From Entomortierella parvispora E1425 (taxonomy: Eukaryota; Fungi; Mortierellomycota): 64,000 nucleotides of DNA. A model generated the notes under the pieces. It was not told the DNA's origin. It worked only from the letters and a program-made list of their open reading frames with translations, and did no database searches. Location of the stretch: contig BQFW01000014.1 of NCBI GenBank assembly GCA_020891255.1, forward strand, positions 744,001 through 808,000, given 5' to 3'. Made by a program: the position numbers and the translations under genes. Positions 29,149 to 41,074 of this stretch are shown piece after piece; position 1 is the first letter of the stretch, and every line of letters begins with the position of its first letter.

Positions 29149-32100
29149 ATGGCCCCTGTGCTCAGTCTGCCATTTGGCTTGCATCGTCAGCCAAAAAAGA
29201 CATTGGCTGGCCTGTCCTTCTTCATTGCCTTTGTCATTGTCAGGCGCCAACAAGCCCGAAACCGTCGCCGTGCTCGCCAGCAACAAAGAGCTGCTGCTGC
29301 TGGCGGTGCCGGTAGTTCTGAGAAGAGTCGTGACGGTTCGTCGCCTGTAAAGGCTCGGCGGGTCGGGGTTGACAAACACTTTTTGGAGCAGTTGAAAAAG
29401 TTGCTGCCCATCTGTATCCCTGGCTTTGCTAGCAAAGAAGCGGGTCTCTTGGCTGCCCTAGCCACGATCCTCATTGCAAGGTACGACTTGGCGTCGAGGG
29501 ACAGATTCGATCTGTCGGATCAGACTCTCTGGCCAGCAAAAAAAGATGAACGAGATCGAACTGACTCTGACTGACGTTGACTGCCTTGCTATTCTGTTTG
29601 TTAGAACTTGGCTCGATGTTTACTTTTCGGCGTTCAACGTAGGATATCCGTCCAAAACTGTGCTTGTGTCCTCCTGGGAAGGACTTTTGTTTGACAAAAT
29701 GGTTGCGTATCCATCTAAGCGACCCAACTGTTCTGCTATGTGATCAATAGGGTAGCGTTGTCAAAGCCATTGTGTCGCGCGATCGTAAAAAGTTCATTGC
29801 AAAAGCAGTTATCGAGTTTGGCATGATGATGGTAAGTTTTGTTCAGAAAGACCTCATCGGGAAGCATATGTTCTGTCTGTGCGGGAACAAAGGAAGACAA
29901 CCACAGCGCACAGTTCGCTTCAATGCAAAGAATGGCATGTGCAATCTCTTGGACATCAGTCGATCAATTTTTCCTCAATGTTCCTGAAAAACAAAAACTA
30001 ACTTGACTTTAGTGGCCGATGAGTATTGTCAACAACTCGCTCAAGTTCACGATCTCGGCTCTGGCCTTGTCCTTCCGTGAACGTCTGACAAAGGTAAGCT
30101 GTGTGATCAGAGAGTTGATTTTTAACAGATCGAGACCCAAAGAGCCAATTGCTGGAAATTAAAATCTCCTTGTTTTTCATGTTGCAGTTTGCACACGACC
30201 AGTACCTCGATGGGATCACATTCTACAAGATCTCCAACATCGACAATCGTATCCAGAATGCAGACCAGCTCTTGACACAGGACATCGACAAGTTCGCGGA
30301 GAATCTGAGTCATCTGTACTCGGACATTGCAAAGCCAATTGTGGACGTTATCATCTTTGCCATGAAGTTGGGCCAGGCCATGTAAGTCAAAGTCGTACCT
30401 TTGGTTCTTATGATCTTGAACTGTGAATCGATATGCCATCTAGGGTAGTCTTGGGCTCACGCTGTCGCTGTTGACTGATTTTTTTTTCGTCTTGATCTGC
30501 ATAGTGGAACTGAGGCACCCTTCTACATGATCGGTTACTTCTTCATGTCCGGAATCGCCCTTCGTGCCATTTCACCACCCTTTGGCAAATGTATGAGAAA
30601 ATCTGATGCGCTATATGTAGATCGAGAGTAGATATGGACTCGAGAGCTGACTTTTCGCATGTTTTAGATACCGCACAGGAACAAAAACTCGAGGGCGACT
30701 TCCGATTTACCCACGTACGTGATCAGAGTAGTGAACATGCTGGTGCTCCCATCATGATGGCAGACTACATGGACCGTTAGAACTCTGAAGCTAACAATCA
30801 TTCGCCACTCATATTCTCATCTTAGTCGAGAATTATTGCGCACTCGGAGGAGATTGCATTCTATAACGGAGCCGAGAGAGAGAAGGAGGGCGTCAACAAC
30901 AGCTTTGAGAAGGTATGGGACGATACGGCGCGAATTCCACCTGAAAATAGCCTATTTCTTACTCTTTTTTCTCATTCTTTTTTCATGAAGATTGTCCGTC
31001 ATGTCCGCAAGGTCTACACCATGCGCTTCGCAAATGGAATTCTTGACTCTGTTCTTGTCAAGTATTGCGCGACGATGACCGCTTATTAGTAAGTCCACAC
31101 GAAAGTCTGCATGATCCGAGCGGATGATTCCAAGAATTAGATGTTGACTCTTTCGTTTTTTTCCAGCCTGCTAGCTCGTCCAGTTTTCGACCCTGCCTAT
31201 GGTAACACCTCTCTTCCTCAGTGTAGTTCCTGAACAAGCCCAGCTCTCTGTAGTACTGATTTCATATTGATTCTTTCTTACTTAGCTACCGAACACATGG
31301 GACGAGTCTCTGCTGACCCCACAAAGATTGTCGAGGACTATTCTCGAAACTGTAAGTAACTCCTGGCCGGATCGCAGAGTGGAGTATATTTGGTCAAAGA
31401 CTGACTAGCTGTACTGTTTATACCACCATTCAGCTGGATATCTCGTAAATCTTTCTCAAGCTGTTGGTCGCCTTATTCTCGCTGGTCGTGATCTGACTCG
31501 CTTCGCAGGATACACAGTAAGACACGCATTCCTGTTAGAGAGGTTCGTTACAAGTTCTGCAGAAACCAACCGATCCTTTTTTTTCATGATTCATAGTCGC
31601 GGGTCTCTGAGCTCTTTGATGTTTTGGAAGATGTCAAGAAGGGACGCTACGAGCGTACTATGGTCGCTAAAGAGGACGGAACCTCGACTCAGAGCAAATG
31701 TGTGGACACGACTGGACTTAAGGGCAAGGTCGTCACTCAGGACGGAGTGATCATCTTTGAAAAGGTGCCCATTGTCACCCCCAACAACGATTTGTTGGTC
31801 AAGGAACTCTCTTTCAAGGTTACGACTGGAATGTCCTGTCTGATCTCAGGACCCAATGGCTGCGGAAAGAGTTCACTTTTCAGGATCTTGGGTGATCTTT
31901 GGCCATTGTTCGGGGGCACGGTCACGAAACCCCACCCTTCAAAGCTGTTTTACGTGCCTCAGAAGCCATATCTTGCCCTGGGTACATTTAGAGATCAAGT
32001 CATCTACCCAGATACAAAGGCACAGGCGGTCGCCAAGGGCTTTTCGGATGATAAGCTATTTGAGCTTTTGAGCATGGTCCACCTCGGCTACTTGATTGAG

Positions 32101-32505
32101 CGTGAAGGCGGCTGGGATTCCGTTCAGGATTGGGCCGATGTGCTCTCTGGAGGAGAGAAACAGCGCGTCGCGATGGCGCGTCTGTTTTACCACAAGCCTC
32201 AGTTTGCCATCCTGGATGAATGCACCTCTGCAGTCAGCATTGATGTTGAGGGTATCATGTACGAGCACGCCCAAAAGGTCGGCATCACCCTTTTCACGGT
32301 CTCTCATCGTCCATCCTTGATCCGATACCACGAATACCTCTTGCGATTCGATGGCGAGGGTCATTACCAGTTCCGAAAGCTTGGCCAGGAGGACTTGCAA
32401 CAGGCCGCGTTCGGCTTTGGCCACGGCAAATCAAAGAAGATGCGCAAGCTGGAAGATGAGGAGCGCGACAACGGAGACGAAGCCGACACGGAGACCAGCA
32501 TCTAG
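29149..32505 (+). CDS. Peroxisomal ABCD half-transporter (PMP70/ABCD3, PXA-like)
   Basis: 12 GT-AG introns reconstructed. NADQLLTQDI, EAA motif HSRIIAHSEEIAFYNG, GPNGCGKSSLFR, YVPQKPY, LSGGEKQRVAMARLFYHKPQFAILDECTSAVS. Confidence 0.92.
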
Positions 32506-32707
32506 GCTCTAGAATGTAGAGTAGAATCACGAGACATGTGTGATAAAAGTAGAGAAAAAAAAATCTTGACAACTTGAACTGGGTGCCTGACTGCCAACAC
32601 CATTGTTGTAACTCCTGTGTTCTCCATTTGCCTTGTTGGTACGTCAACATCATCAAACCTCCAGGGCCCTTTTTTTCAATGGTTAATTTATTTTTAAAGT
32701 ACAGTAC

Positions 32708-33454
32708 CTATGCCACCTTCTTGCGACGTGGGGCCAACAACGTAGGTAATACCATTTTAAAAAAAGGAATCGTGGGACCGAGTATGATGAAAAGACGGAG
32801 GTACATGCTTTCCACACCTTGAGGTCCCCACAGCCAGTATCTGTCACGAGCAATAATGAGAGTGGTCCCTGGGAACATCTGGAGAGTCAGGTACTTGATG
32901 TAGAAGGTGTGGCCAAGCATCTGGAGATGAGGACGGAATATCACGATGGCCTGTGTGATGGTAAAAAGGAGCACGAGGATAAACAACTCAATGTTGTATT
33001 CGTGGAGCACTCCGGGCTCGACATGCCAGAGCACTTTGTAGGCCAGAGTGCTGCACAGAAAGATTTGCATGCCAAAGTTGCCGAAACTGAGCCATTTTAT
33101 GATTGGCCTCCAAAACTTGACTCCCCAGAAAGGGAAGGCCCGGAAAGTGGTGACGAGGATGTGAAAGTTCATACTCGGAACGATTAAATGACCCGACGAC
33201 TTGGTGAGGTTGGACCGCGGCACGCTCGAGAAGAGGTACGGAATCAGCATTAAACCAGAGATTTCCAACGGAACGAGGAACGCCCAGAAGAGAAAGCGGC
33301 CTCTCTGGATGTGGGAGTGTGTCCTCTTTGGTAACACCCATTGGGATACGAACATTGCCCAGCAAACTACAGCCCATGCTGCATGGAAGTACATCACAAA
33401 GAGATGTGTGGAGGTTGTGGTGTCATGACGCGCAAAAAAGGAAGGGTGCATCAT
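32708..33454 (-). CDS. Polytopic membrane protein, DUF2306-like, with C-terminal KKxx
   Basis: 248-aa ORF with about 6 hydrophobic segments. H..Q..K..H..GR pattern (HAAWAVVCWAMFVSQWVLPKRTHSHIQRGR). Ends RRKKVA. 5' end uncertain and the family call is from memory. Confidence 0.6.
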   Translation of the reverse strand: MMHPSFFARHDTTTSTHLFVMYFHAAWAVVCWAMFVSQWVLPKRTHSHIQRGRFLFWAFLVPLEISGLMLIPYLFSSVPRSNLTKSSGHLIVPSMNFHILVTTFRAFPFWGVKFWRPIIKWLSFGNFGMQIFLCSTLAYKVLWHVEPGVLHEYNIELFILVLLFTITQAIVIFRPHLQMLGHTFYIKYLTLQMFPGTTLIIARDRYWLWGPQGVESMYLRLFIILGPTIPFFKMVLPTLLAPRRKKVA

Positions 33455-35021
33455 CTTTTTTCTTATTCACTATTGAATGCAAACAACCATTGTTAGTACG
33501 ACGCGCACATTCGTCTCTGGTGATGTGATTTGTTGCTGGAAGTGTGGGAGATGCTGTACTGGGACCCAGTCACTGCGAATGGTAGAAAAGAATAGCGAGG
33601 AAGTACCTGGATATGGAATCAAAGAGCAAAGAGAAAGAAAAAACTGAAGGAAAAGCGAAAAGACAGAGAGCTTGTGCACGAACCTATCTTTGTTGCTGGC
33701 GTTTATCATATTTTCTACTCTGTGCTCGGTGTAGCTACTAATGTCAAGGGTGCAACCTACTCACGTAATGCCTTGTGAACTATGTATGATCTTGGACTCC
33801 GTTAAAAAAAATTCTTGCCATCGCCCCTTACATATGAACATTGTCGAGTCCAAAAGATCGATGCCGACTTCCCGATCGAGAACCTTGCATGGGGTCATTC
33901 TGGATCAGTACGTGTATGATTTCTCCTATGATATCGGAGTTGAGATGAATCGTCGTTTGGTGTTCCTCTTGGCTTGAATGCTTCCTTTTTACTGCGTTCC
34001 TGCCACGTTCTGATCACAAATATCGATGATCCCTTTAGACCTTTCAAACCGATTTGGAAGTCATGGAGCAGAATCACAGAAAATCGGTGCAGTATTGTAA
34101 TCAGTTGCCACAATGCCATGCCCTTCATGTTCCCAAAAAAAAATAGTGCTGACAAAGATCGTGGTCACCTTGGAGTAACTGTCGAAATAGCTCAAAGAAG
34201 CCCGCCCATTCATCAGCTTCTCTGAGGACTATTACTTGCATCGAAGGTAATACTGTATTACTTGGCCCAACTCGATCATGTGTGCCGGGATTCTGAAGAC
34301 CGATTAGTGCTTAGGATGAGATGTCAACCTGGAGGGTCAGTACTATTCCAGGAGTGATGACTGCCGACGTCCTACGAGGAAAGTATCCACGGTAGGAACA
34401 AAGCAAAGGAGAGCATACAAGAAAGGGCTGCAAGGAGACGGGGATGCCTGCCCGGCCAAGAAGAACGGAGAAACTCAATGGAAGCATACATCTCGATGCT
34501 CTTTATTCTTTCTCTCGATCTAATCAAGTCCAAGTCCTGAACGGTGTGCTCATGGATCAAATCCTTTGGAGTAAAGTTGGTGATATCTCCGATGTAACAG
34601 CATCATCTTGGAAACGCGCTTTGGCACTGTGAAGATGGACCACCCTCGTAAGAGGGTAAACCCCCTCATCTCCTTTCGCCTCCTAGAGACGCTCAACTCT
34701 CTGCAAGTTTTTTTTTTTCTTTTTTTTTCTTATCTAAGGGTCCTCGCAGGTACGGGGTTTATTGTCTGTTAATTGTAAGTACACATACGCAGTGCGCCTG
34801 CTCCACCCAAGGGAAACGGACTAAATAAAATGCTTTTGCATTGCACAACCCGTCTATGACGGCCCATGCACCCAAAGGGCGGGAGCTTCTGGACAACGGG
34901 GGGGGGTTTTTTTTGCTCAACCATTTGCCACCAAATGTTATATCACGTGACATCATGTTGCGCCACCAAATTGAATCTTCTAGTACATGTAAATCCTAAA
35001 ATACAAACAGATATCTGAACA

Positions 35022-35093
35022 TCCCCGATAGTATAGTGGTGAGTATCTCCGCCTGTCACGCGGAAGACCCGGGTTCAATTCCCGGTCGAGGAG
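35022..35093 (+). tRNA. tRNA-Asp (GTC)
   Basis: 72-nt cloverleaf: anticodon arm TCCGC-CTGTCAC-GCGGA, T arm CCGGG-TTCAATT-CCCGG, discriminator G, downstream T runs as Pol III terminator. Confidence 0.96.
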
Positions 35094-35528
35094 CTTCTTT
35101 TGTTCTTTTTTGCCTGGAACTCTGACGATGGAGAACGATCCTTTGCTCACATAAAGCGGTTGGATTAGGGCAGGGGGGCGAAGCTCGACTCGGCACAACC
35201 GAGTATTTTGAGCATTGAGCCCTGATACAAAGAGATGCGCCATTTTTTTTTTTTTTTTTTTTTTTTGGAAAAAAAAACACGTTTATTTCTGGGTATTCTT
35301 CGTGATCGTAACAGATAGACTGTGGAAACAGCAGGTGCGTGGGGTGGAGGAGGAAGGGGAGGCGGGGTAGGGAGAGGGTAAACACTTGTTATAGTAGATT
35401 CCCCTCCCTTTCTATGGTATTATGGGATTGAGTGAAGAGCAACAGAGCAACGTAACAGGATGGACTTGAAATAAAAATGAATTGACAAAAAGAACCCTAT
35501 TGCTTTTTGCTCTATTTTCTTATTTTTT

Positions 35529-37144
35529 TTAAAAGACGATGCCAGCAGCAGCCATGAGCATAGAAGAGCCAACGGCAGCGACGGTCATGACCAAAGGAGC
35601 GGACTGGGACATGAGCGAGAGGGCATCGCTGGACTTGCCGCTGCTGACGACGGTGGGTCCGGCGGCACCGCCGCTGTTGGAACCAGTAGCACCGGGCAAA
35701 GAGCCAGCAGAGGGGGAGGCAGCAGGGCCTCCAAGGACAAAGGTGCCAGCACCCTCCTTGTAAGGGGCGGCATCACCCACACACTTGGCGATGGGCATCA
35801 TCGTCAAGGCGGTGTCGGCGTAGGCCAAAGGCAAGATACCATTGATAGAGACATTGACCTCCTGAGGGAACACTAAAAAAGAAGAGCCAAGAAAAAAGAG
35901 GAGAAAAGATAAAGCAGAAAAAGGTCAGCTCAATTCTGGCAAGCAGCTACGATGCAATTGCAGTTGCAGTTGCATGGACGGTTTGACGAGGGTCAAATGA
36001 CTTACAGTCGTGCTCAAGAACAATGAAACCAGTGCTCATGGTAGGGATCTTGGTCAACCAAGTCTTGAAGGTGGCAACGACGGACTGGGGGGTGGCAGTA
36101 CCGGCGGGGATGTTCCAGTCGTTGGTATCGAAACCATCGGTCCAGATCGAGGTCTTGAAGCCGAGGACGGTGGCGATGTAACGAACACGGTTGTCGACAT
36201 CACCATAAGGAGGACGCCAGTAGAGAGGGGTGACGCCAATGGTGTCAAAGATGGCCTTCTCAGTCCACTTCAACTCGGCAACGATCTGCTCGTTCGACAA
36301 CGAGGTCATCATGGGGTGAGACCAGGTGTGGACGGCGATCTGGTGTCCTTCGTTGTAAGCACGCTTCAAGGTGTTGGGGAAGCTGATGGCGCGAGAGCCG
36401 ACAATGAAGAGGGTGGCCTTGGTGCCGTGGGCCTTGAGCACATCGTACAAACGCTCAGAGTCGGGAGTTGGGCCATCTGGGCGTTGGTAGAGGGCAGAAA
36501 AAAAGTTCAAAAAAAGTAATTAACCAGGTCAGCAACCGTCCAATCAATCATCTGACAGAAAAACCGAGCATTCTGCCCGTTCCTGAATTCTCGGGTGAAT
36601 TTTGTTTTTTTTTGTGAGATACATATTGAATCGGAAGGGGTCCGGGGGTAGTTTGATATTGTGTCGAGATGTAACAATAGCGCCAACAAAGCTTGTTCTC
36701 GGGAAGGTAGGAATGGATGAAAGAAAAGAGAGAGCAAGGGATTATCTTACCATCATAAGTCAAGCCCCAAGTACCGGCCTTGGGACAGAAGGTGACATCG
36801 TTAGGAGCGGTGCACTTTTGGCAGGTCCACCAGCACTGGCCATCAGGGATGGATGCTGTGTTGGTGGGGCAAGCACCATCATTGGAGAGGGGGAATACGG
36901 GGGCCTTGGAGATGTCGTACTGCTGGAGCCATTTCTTAACCTGGGAATCCTGGACAAAAGGAATGCAATCGAGGACAGGGTACTTGCCCGGAAGAACATC
37001 GACAAAGTCCGATTTGCAAGAAGCGGGCTCGGGGGCAGCGGTGCCGCGCTTCTCAAGGGAGCCGAATTTGCCATGTCCAGCGTGTGCAAGAACAACGGCG
37101 AGAGAGGCCGAGAGGCCAACGAGGGTGGGGATAATCTTGACCAT
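35529..37144 (-). CDS. Chitin deacetylase (CE4), signal peptide plus predicted GPI anchor, copy 1
   Basis: Exons about 37144-36752, 36492-36007 and 35872-35529. LTYDDGP, HTWSH, WRPPYGDVDNRVR, VLEHD motifs. Ser/Gly/Ala stalk and hydrophobic C-terminus. Confidence 0.93.
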
Positions 37145-38575
37145 TATGAACTGTGTGTGTGATGTGGAGTAGGGGAACTAAATGAATGCAGTAGGAAGGA
37201 GGCGTTACAGAGAGAGAAGAAAGGACGAGGATGAGGTTGGGAGGAGCGAGAGAGAGAGAGAGAGATGCAGATGGAAAGGAGGAGAGAGGAAAGAACGAGT
37301 GAGCGAAAGATTGAAGCCTGCCAGGGAGTTGCCTCTTTTATATGGGTTGTCCATGTAAGCTGTTCAAACCTGGAATCTTTTGTCCAACCGACCCAGGCGT
37401 TCAAAGCCCACCGGGAGAGAGCATCGAATGTTATTTCGGGAGCAAGGCCAGAGGGCGGAAGTGGAAAAGGCAATGGAGCGGCTGAATTGCTGGCACCAAC
37501 CTTGTATCTTTGTCTGTTTGGACCCGAGGATTATCTTCAGAGTTACCAAGGAGCCAAGTTTTTCTCTTTCTTCAAGTTCGCGTTGGTCACTCACCCGGTG
37601 TTTTTGGGTGTGATTGAAAGATGATTTGAACGCAACTACCCGGACATGCACATCTTGGTTTGGCCTGGTAGGGGGTCGAAACTTGAGGATTAGCCGTCGA
37701 GAGCACATAAATGCCGTGACATTAATGGTGAGCGATAGCATCGACGGGAAACCTTTTTCTTTTATTGTCCTTCTTGACGCCCATGGTGGCAAAAGCCGGG
37801 ATACATCATCTCGTCTCCTCTGTGTTACCGAGTGGGAAATGTTTCTCTTCAAGCAGCACCGAATTCAATTGTGCGAGGATCGTGGTGGTGTAGCAGCACT
37901 AGGGATGGAGTTTTAACATTTTCTAGGATTCAGTCATGGTGCACGCTTGAAGTGAGGTAAGGGAGACGGCTTATCAAGAGTTTGGCCGCGCCGCCCGTCT
38001 GTTTATTTTCGTTTTGCTCGCCCGCCAAAGACAGTCTGAGAGACCTGATGGGAAGCTGTGGACGCAAGAGGATGAGACAGCGAGCGGCCGAAACCCGCGG
38101 ACCTGCAGAGTTTTAGTAGCTCGACGTTGAGCGTGTTTTTAGACATTGCAATACACTTGGAAGCGACAGTGTTTGTACTACCATCCATATATTGGTTTTG
38201 TGGATGGTTAGATGACGCTCTTGTCTCAGGAGCTTGCTCTTAATATACCCTTTGTGGTGCACACCCATGGGTTCCCTTCAGGGCCCAAAATCGCGCTTTT
38301 TTAAGAACAGGTGAGAACTCTGTACGCAACAACCAGGACGATCACCTTTTAGATAGGTACAAAAAAAAAATGGAGTGAAGAGGGAAGTAAGAGGGGGAGT
38401 TGATGTTTTGTCGCTGGCTCCATGTTTGTACCTGGATTTCCGAACTGAGCTAGGGTGCTGCATGCTGTTGTGCCTGGGAAGCGTTCTAGTCACCAGTGAC
38501 TCTGCAGGTTACATGGGTGTTGTCTAATGGTATTTTACTCTTTTGTTGTTACATAGGAAGTCTATTTACTACAAT

Positions 38576-40275
38576 CTAGTAAAGGGCGGCAAGGATCGCA
38601 ACGACAGCGACCAAGGCAGAGCTGGAGGAAGCAGCCGAGAGTGAGACGGCGGCGTTGGTGTTCTTGCCACTGTTGGCAACGCTTGGAGTGGCAGAGGTGC
38701 CAGAGGAGGTGGCAGACGCACTGCTGCCGGCACCGAGAACAAAGGTACCAGCACCCTCCTTGTAGGGCTTGGCATCGCTCAAGCACTGGGCAATGGGCTG
38801 CATGCTCAAGGTCTTGGTCTGGTAAGCAATGGGCAAGACACCGTTGATGGCGACATCAACCTCCTGAGGGAACAAGTCGTGCTGCAAGACAACGAAACCA
38901 GTGGTCATAGAGGGGATCTTGGTCAACCAAGTCTTGAAGGTGTCAACGACGGACTGGGGGGTGGCAGTACCGGCGGGGATGTTCCAGTCGTTGGTATCAA
39001 AGTCTTGGGTCCAGATGGCGGTCTTGTAGCCGAGCTGGGTAGCAATGTTACGGACACGGTTATCGACATCACCATAAGGAGGACGCCAGTAGAGAGGAGT
39101 GACACCGATGGTATCGAAAATGGCCTTCTCAGTCCACTTCAACTCGGCAACGACCTGCTCGTTGGTCAACGAGGTCATGGCGCTATGGGACCAGGTGTGG
39201 ATGGCAATGTGGTGTCCCTCCTTGTAAGCGCGCTTCAAGGTGTTGGGGAAGCTGATAGCGCGGGATCCGACAATGAAAAGGGTAGCCTTCTGGTTGTGGC
39301 TCAACAGGTTGTCATAGAGACGCTCCGAATCGGGCGAAGGACCATCTATTTTGTGTTTGTTACGTTGTGGTGTTAGTTTTTCTGTTTGTTCTTTTTTTTT
39401 GTTCTTTTGAAAGCGATGCCCCCGGAAAAAGAAGTGGCGTAAAAAGGGTCCTGCCGCTCCTTCCCAGGGGAGGTACCACAAGGAGTGTAGGGGTCCCTCG
39501 CCAACAAAGCCCAACGCCAAGATTAGATTTTCGATAATAAAAGTAAACTCAGCAAGTCATCTTCGACGGATTGAGGCACAATCGAGTTGCTGACAATCGT
39601 TGCATTTTTAGGTCTGGAACAGAGCGTTGGATTCAAACCCAGGGAAGATGTCCTTCTGCCCAAGGTTTGCTTTCCTCGGTGGGGTGACCCAGACACGCAC
39701 ACGGGTTTCTGAATGCAATCAACAAAAAAGAAAAAAGTTGGAGGGGAGGAGAAGGTGGGTACACCTGTACCGTGAAGGAAGGAGGAGGAGGAGGAGGAGG
39801 AGAAGAGAGATCAGGAACGAAGGGAGGACAATTGTGATGAAGAAAAGAATAAAAACCAGCAATTGGAGCTGTCAAAAAAAAAAAAAGGAATGTGAGCCTT
39901 ACCGTCATAAGTCAAGCCCCAGGTACCGGGCTTGGGGCAGCTGGTGATATCACCCTTGGCCTCGCACTTTTGGCAGGTCCACCAACACTGATCCTTGGGG
40001 ATGGTGGTCAGATCTGTGGGGCAGGCACCGTCCTTGGAGGGGGGATAGACGGGAGTCTTTGTGAAGTCCACGAGCTTGAGCCATTCCAGGACCATAGGAT
40101 CCTGGGTGAAGGGAGTGCAGTCCAAGGCAGGGTAGGAACCTTTAGCCACAGCCTGGTAGGTCTTGCTGCAGGTAGCAGTAGTCGCAGCGCGCTTCTCGAG
40201 ATCGTGCGAACCGTGCGCGAAGACAACGGAGAGGGAGAGGGAGAGGGCAAGGAGAGAGGGGAGGATCTTAACCAT
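38576..40275 (-). CDS. Chitin deacetylase (CE4), signal peptide plus predicted GPI anchor, copy 2
   Basis: Exons about 40275-39903 and 39344-38576. LTYDDGP, HTWSH, WRPPYGDVD, VLQHDLF motifs. Tandem paralogue of copy 1. Confidence 0.93.
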
Positions 40276-41074
40276 GATGGACAATGAATGCAGGTGAGGT
40301 CGTGAGTGATGAATTAGGTATGTATTAGTGCAGTGTGTGCGGGCAGGGGATGACAATGGTATCCGAGTAAGGGGGGAGGGGCGTAAAGAGAAGAAGGAGA
40401 GAGAGAAGAAAAAAGAAGAAACCTCGGGCAGAAGTGTCATCCTCTTAAAGAGTGCGTCTCGTTCTCGGAGAGAAGAGGACAGTCCTGGTCCAATTCTCGG
40501 TATCGTGGCCGTTTTGAAGGCTTTTGCCAGTGGTCAGACCCAAAACCAGAATAGAGGAAGGCGGAGAACTCCAGGGGTCCAGGGCAAAAGAGTGATAAAA
40601 TACAAGTTGATGTGTATTGACTCCTTGTGCTCGATCGGATAAACCGAGGGTTCAAAAATAATTTTTTTTCAAGGTTGGCACTTGCAAGACCTATTTCTGC
40701 TCAAGTTGAGCAGTTCTTGAACGGCGCCCACAGTAGTAGCTGGACATCAGCAGAACAGAGCAGATTCCATGAAAATCTCATCCACCGTTCTATAAATGGT
40801 TTTTTTTGGTACATAGTCGCGCTGATTTGGTTCAACATAGGGCTCTGTGTGGCCACGGGCATTGGTCCTCTGACTGGAATTGCTTAGAAAAGTAAAGTTA
40901 TCACTTATCACCATACGAGCGCATTGAGAGATCGTAAAACATAGTGTGGGAGAGACTTTTTGTGGACCTCTCGGGTAAGGCATATGATACATTGTAATTG
41001 GTATGATTGGTTGTAGAGCAAGTAAGCTAAATGTGCAGGGGATGAGGCAGAAGGGGCGTTTTTCCCCCATGAGG

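Noticed and set aside
29481-31596. Minor (U12) introns in the intron-dense ABCD gene
   Set aside because: All donors inspected are ordinary GT[AG]-type, with no GTATCCTT or AT-AC.
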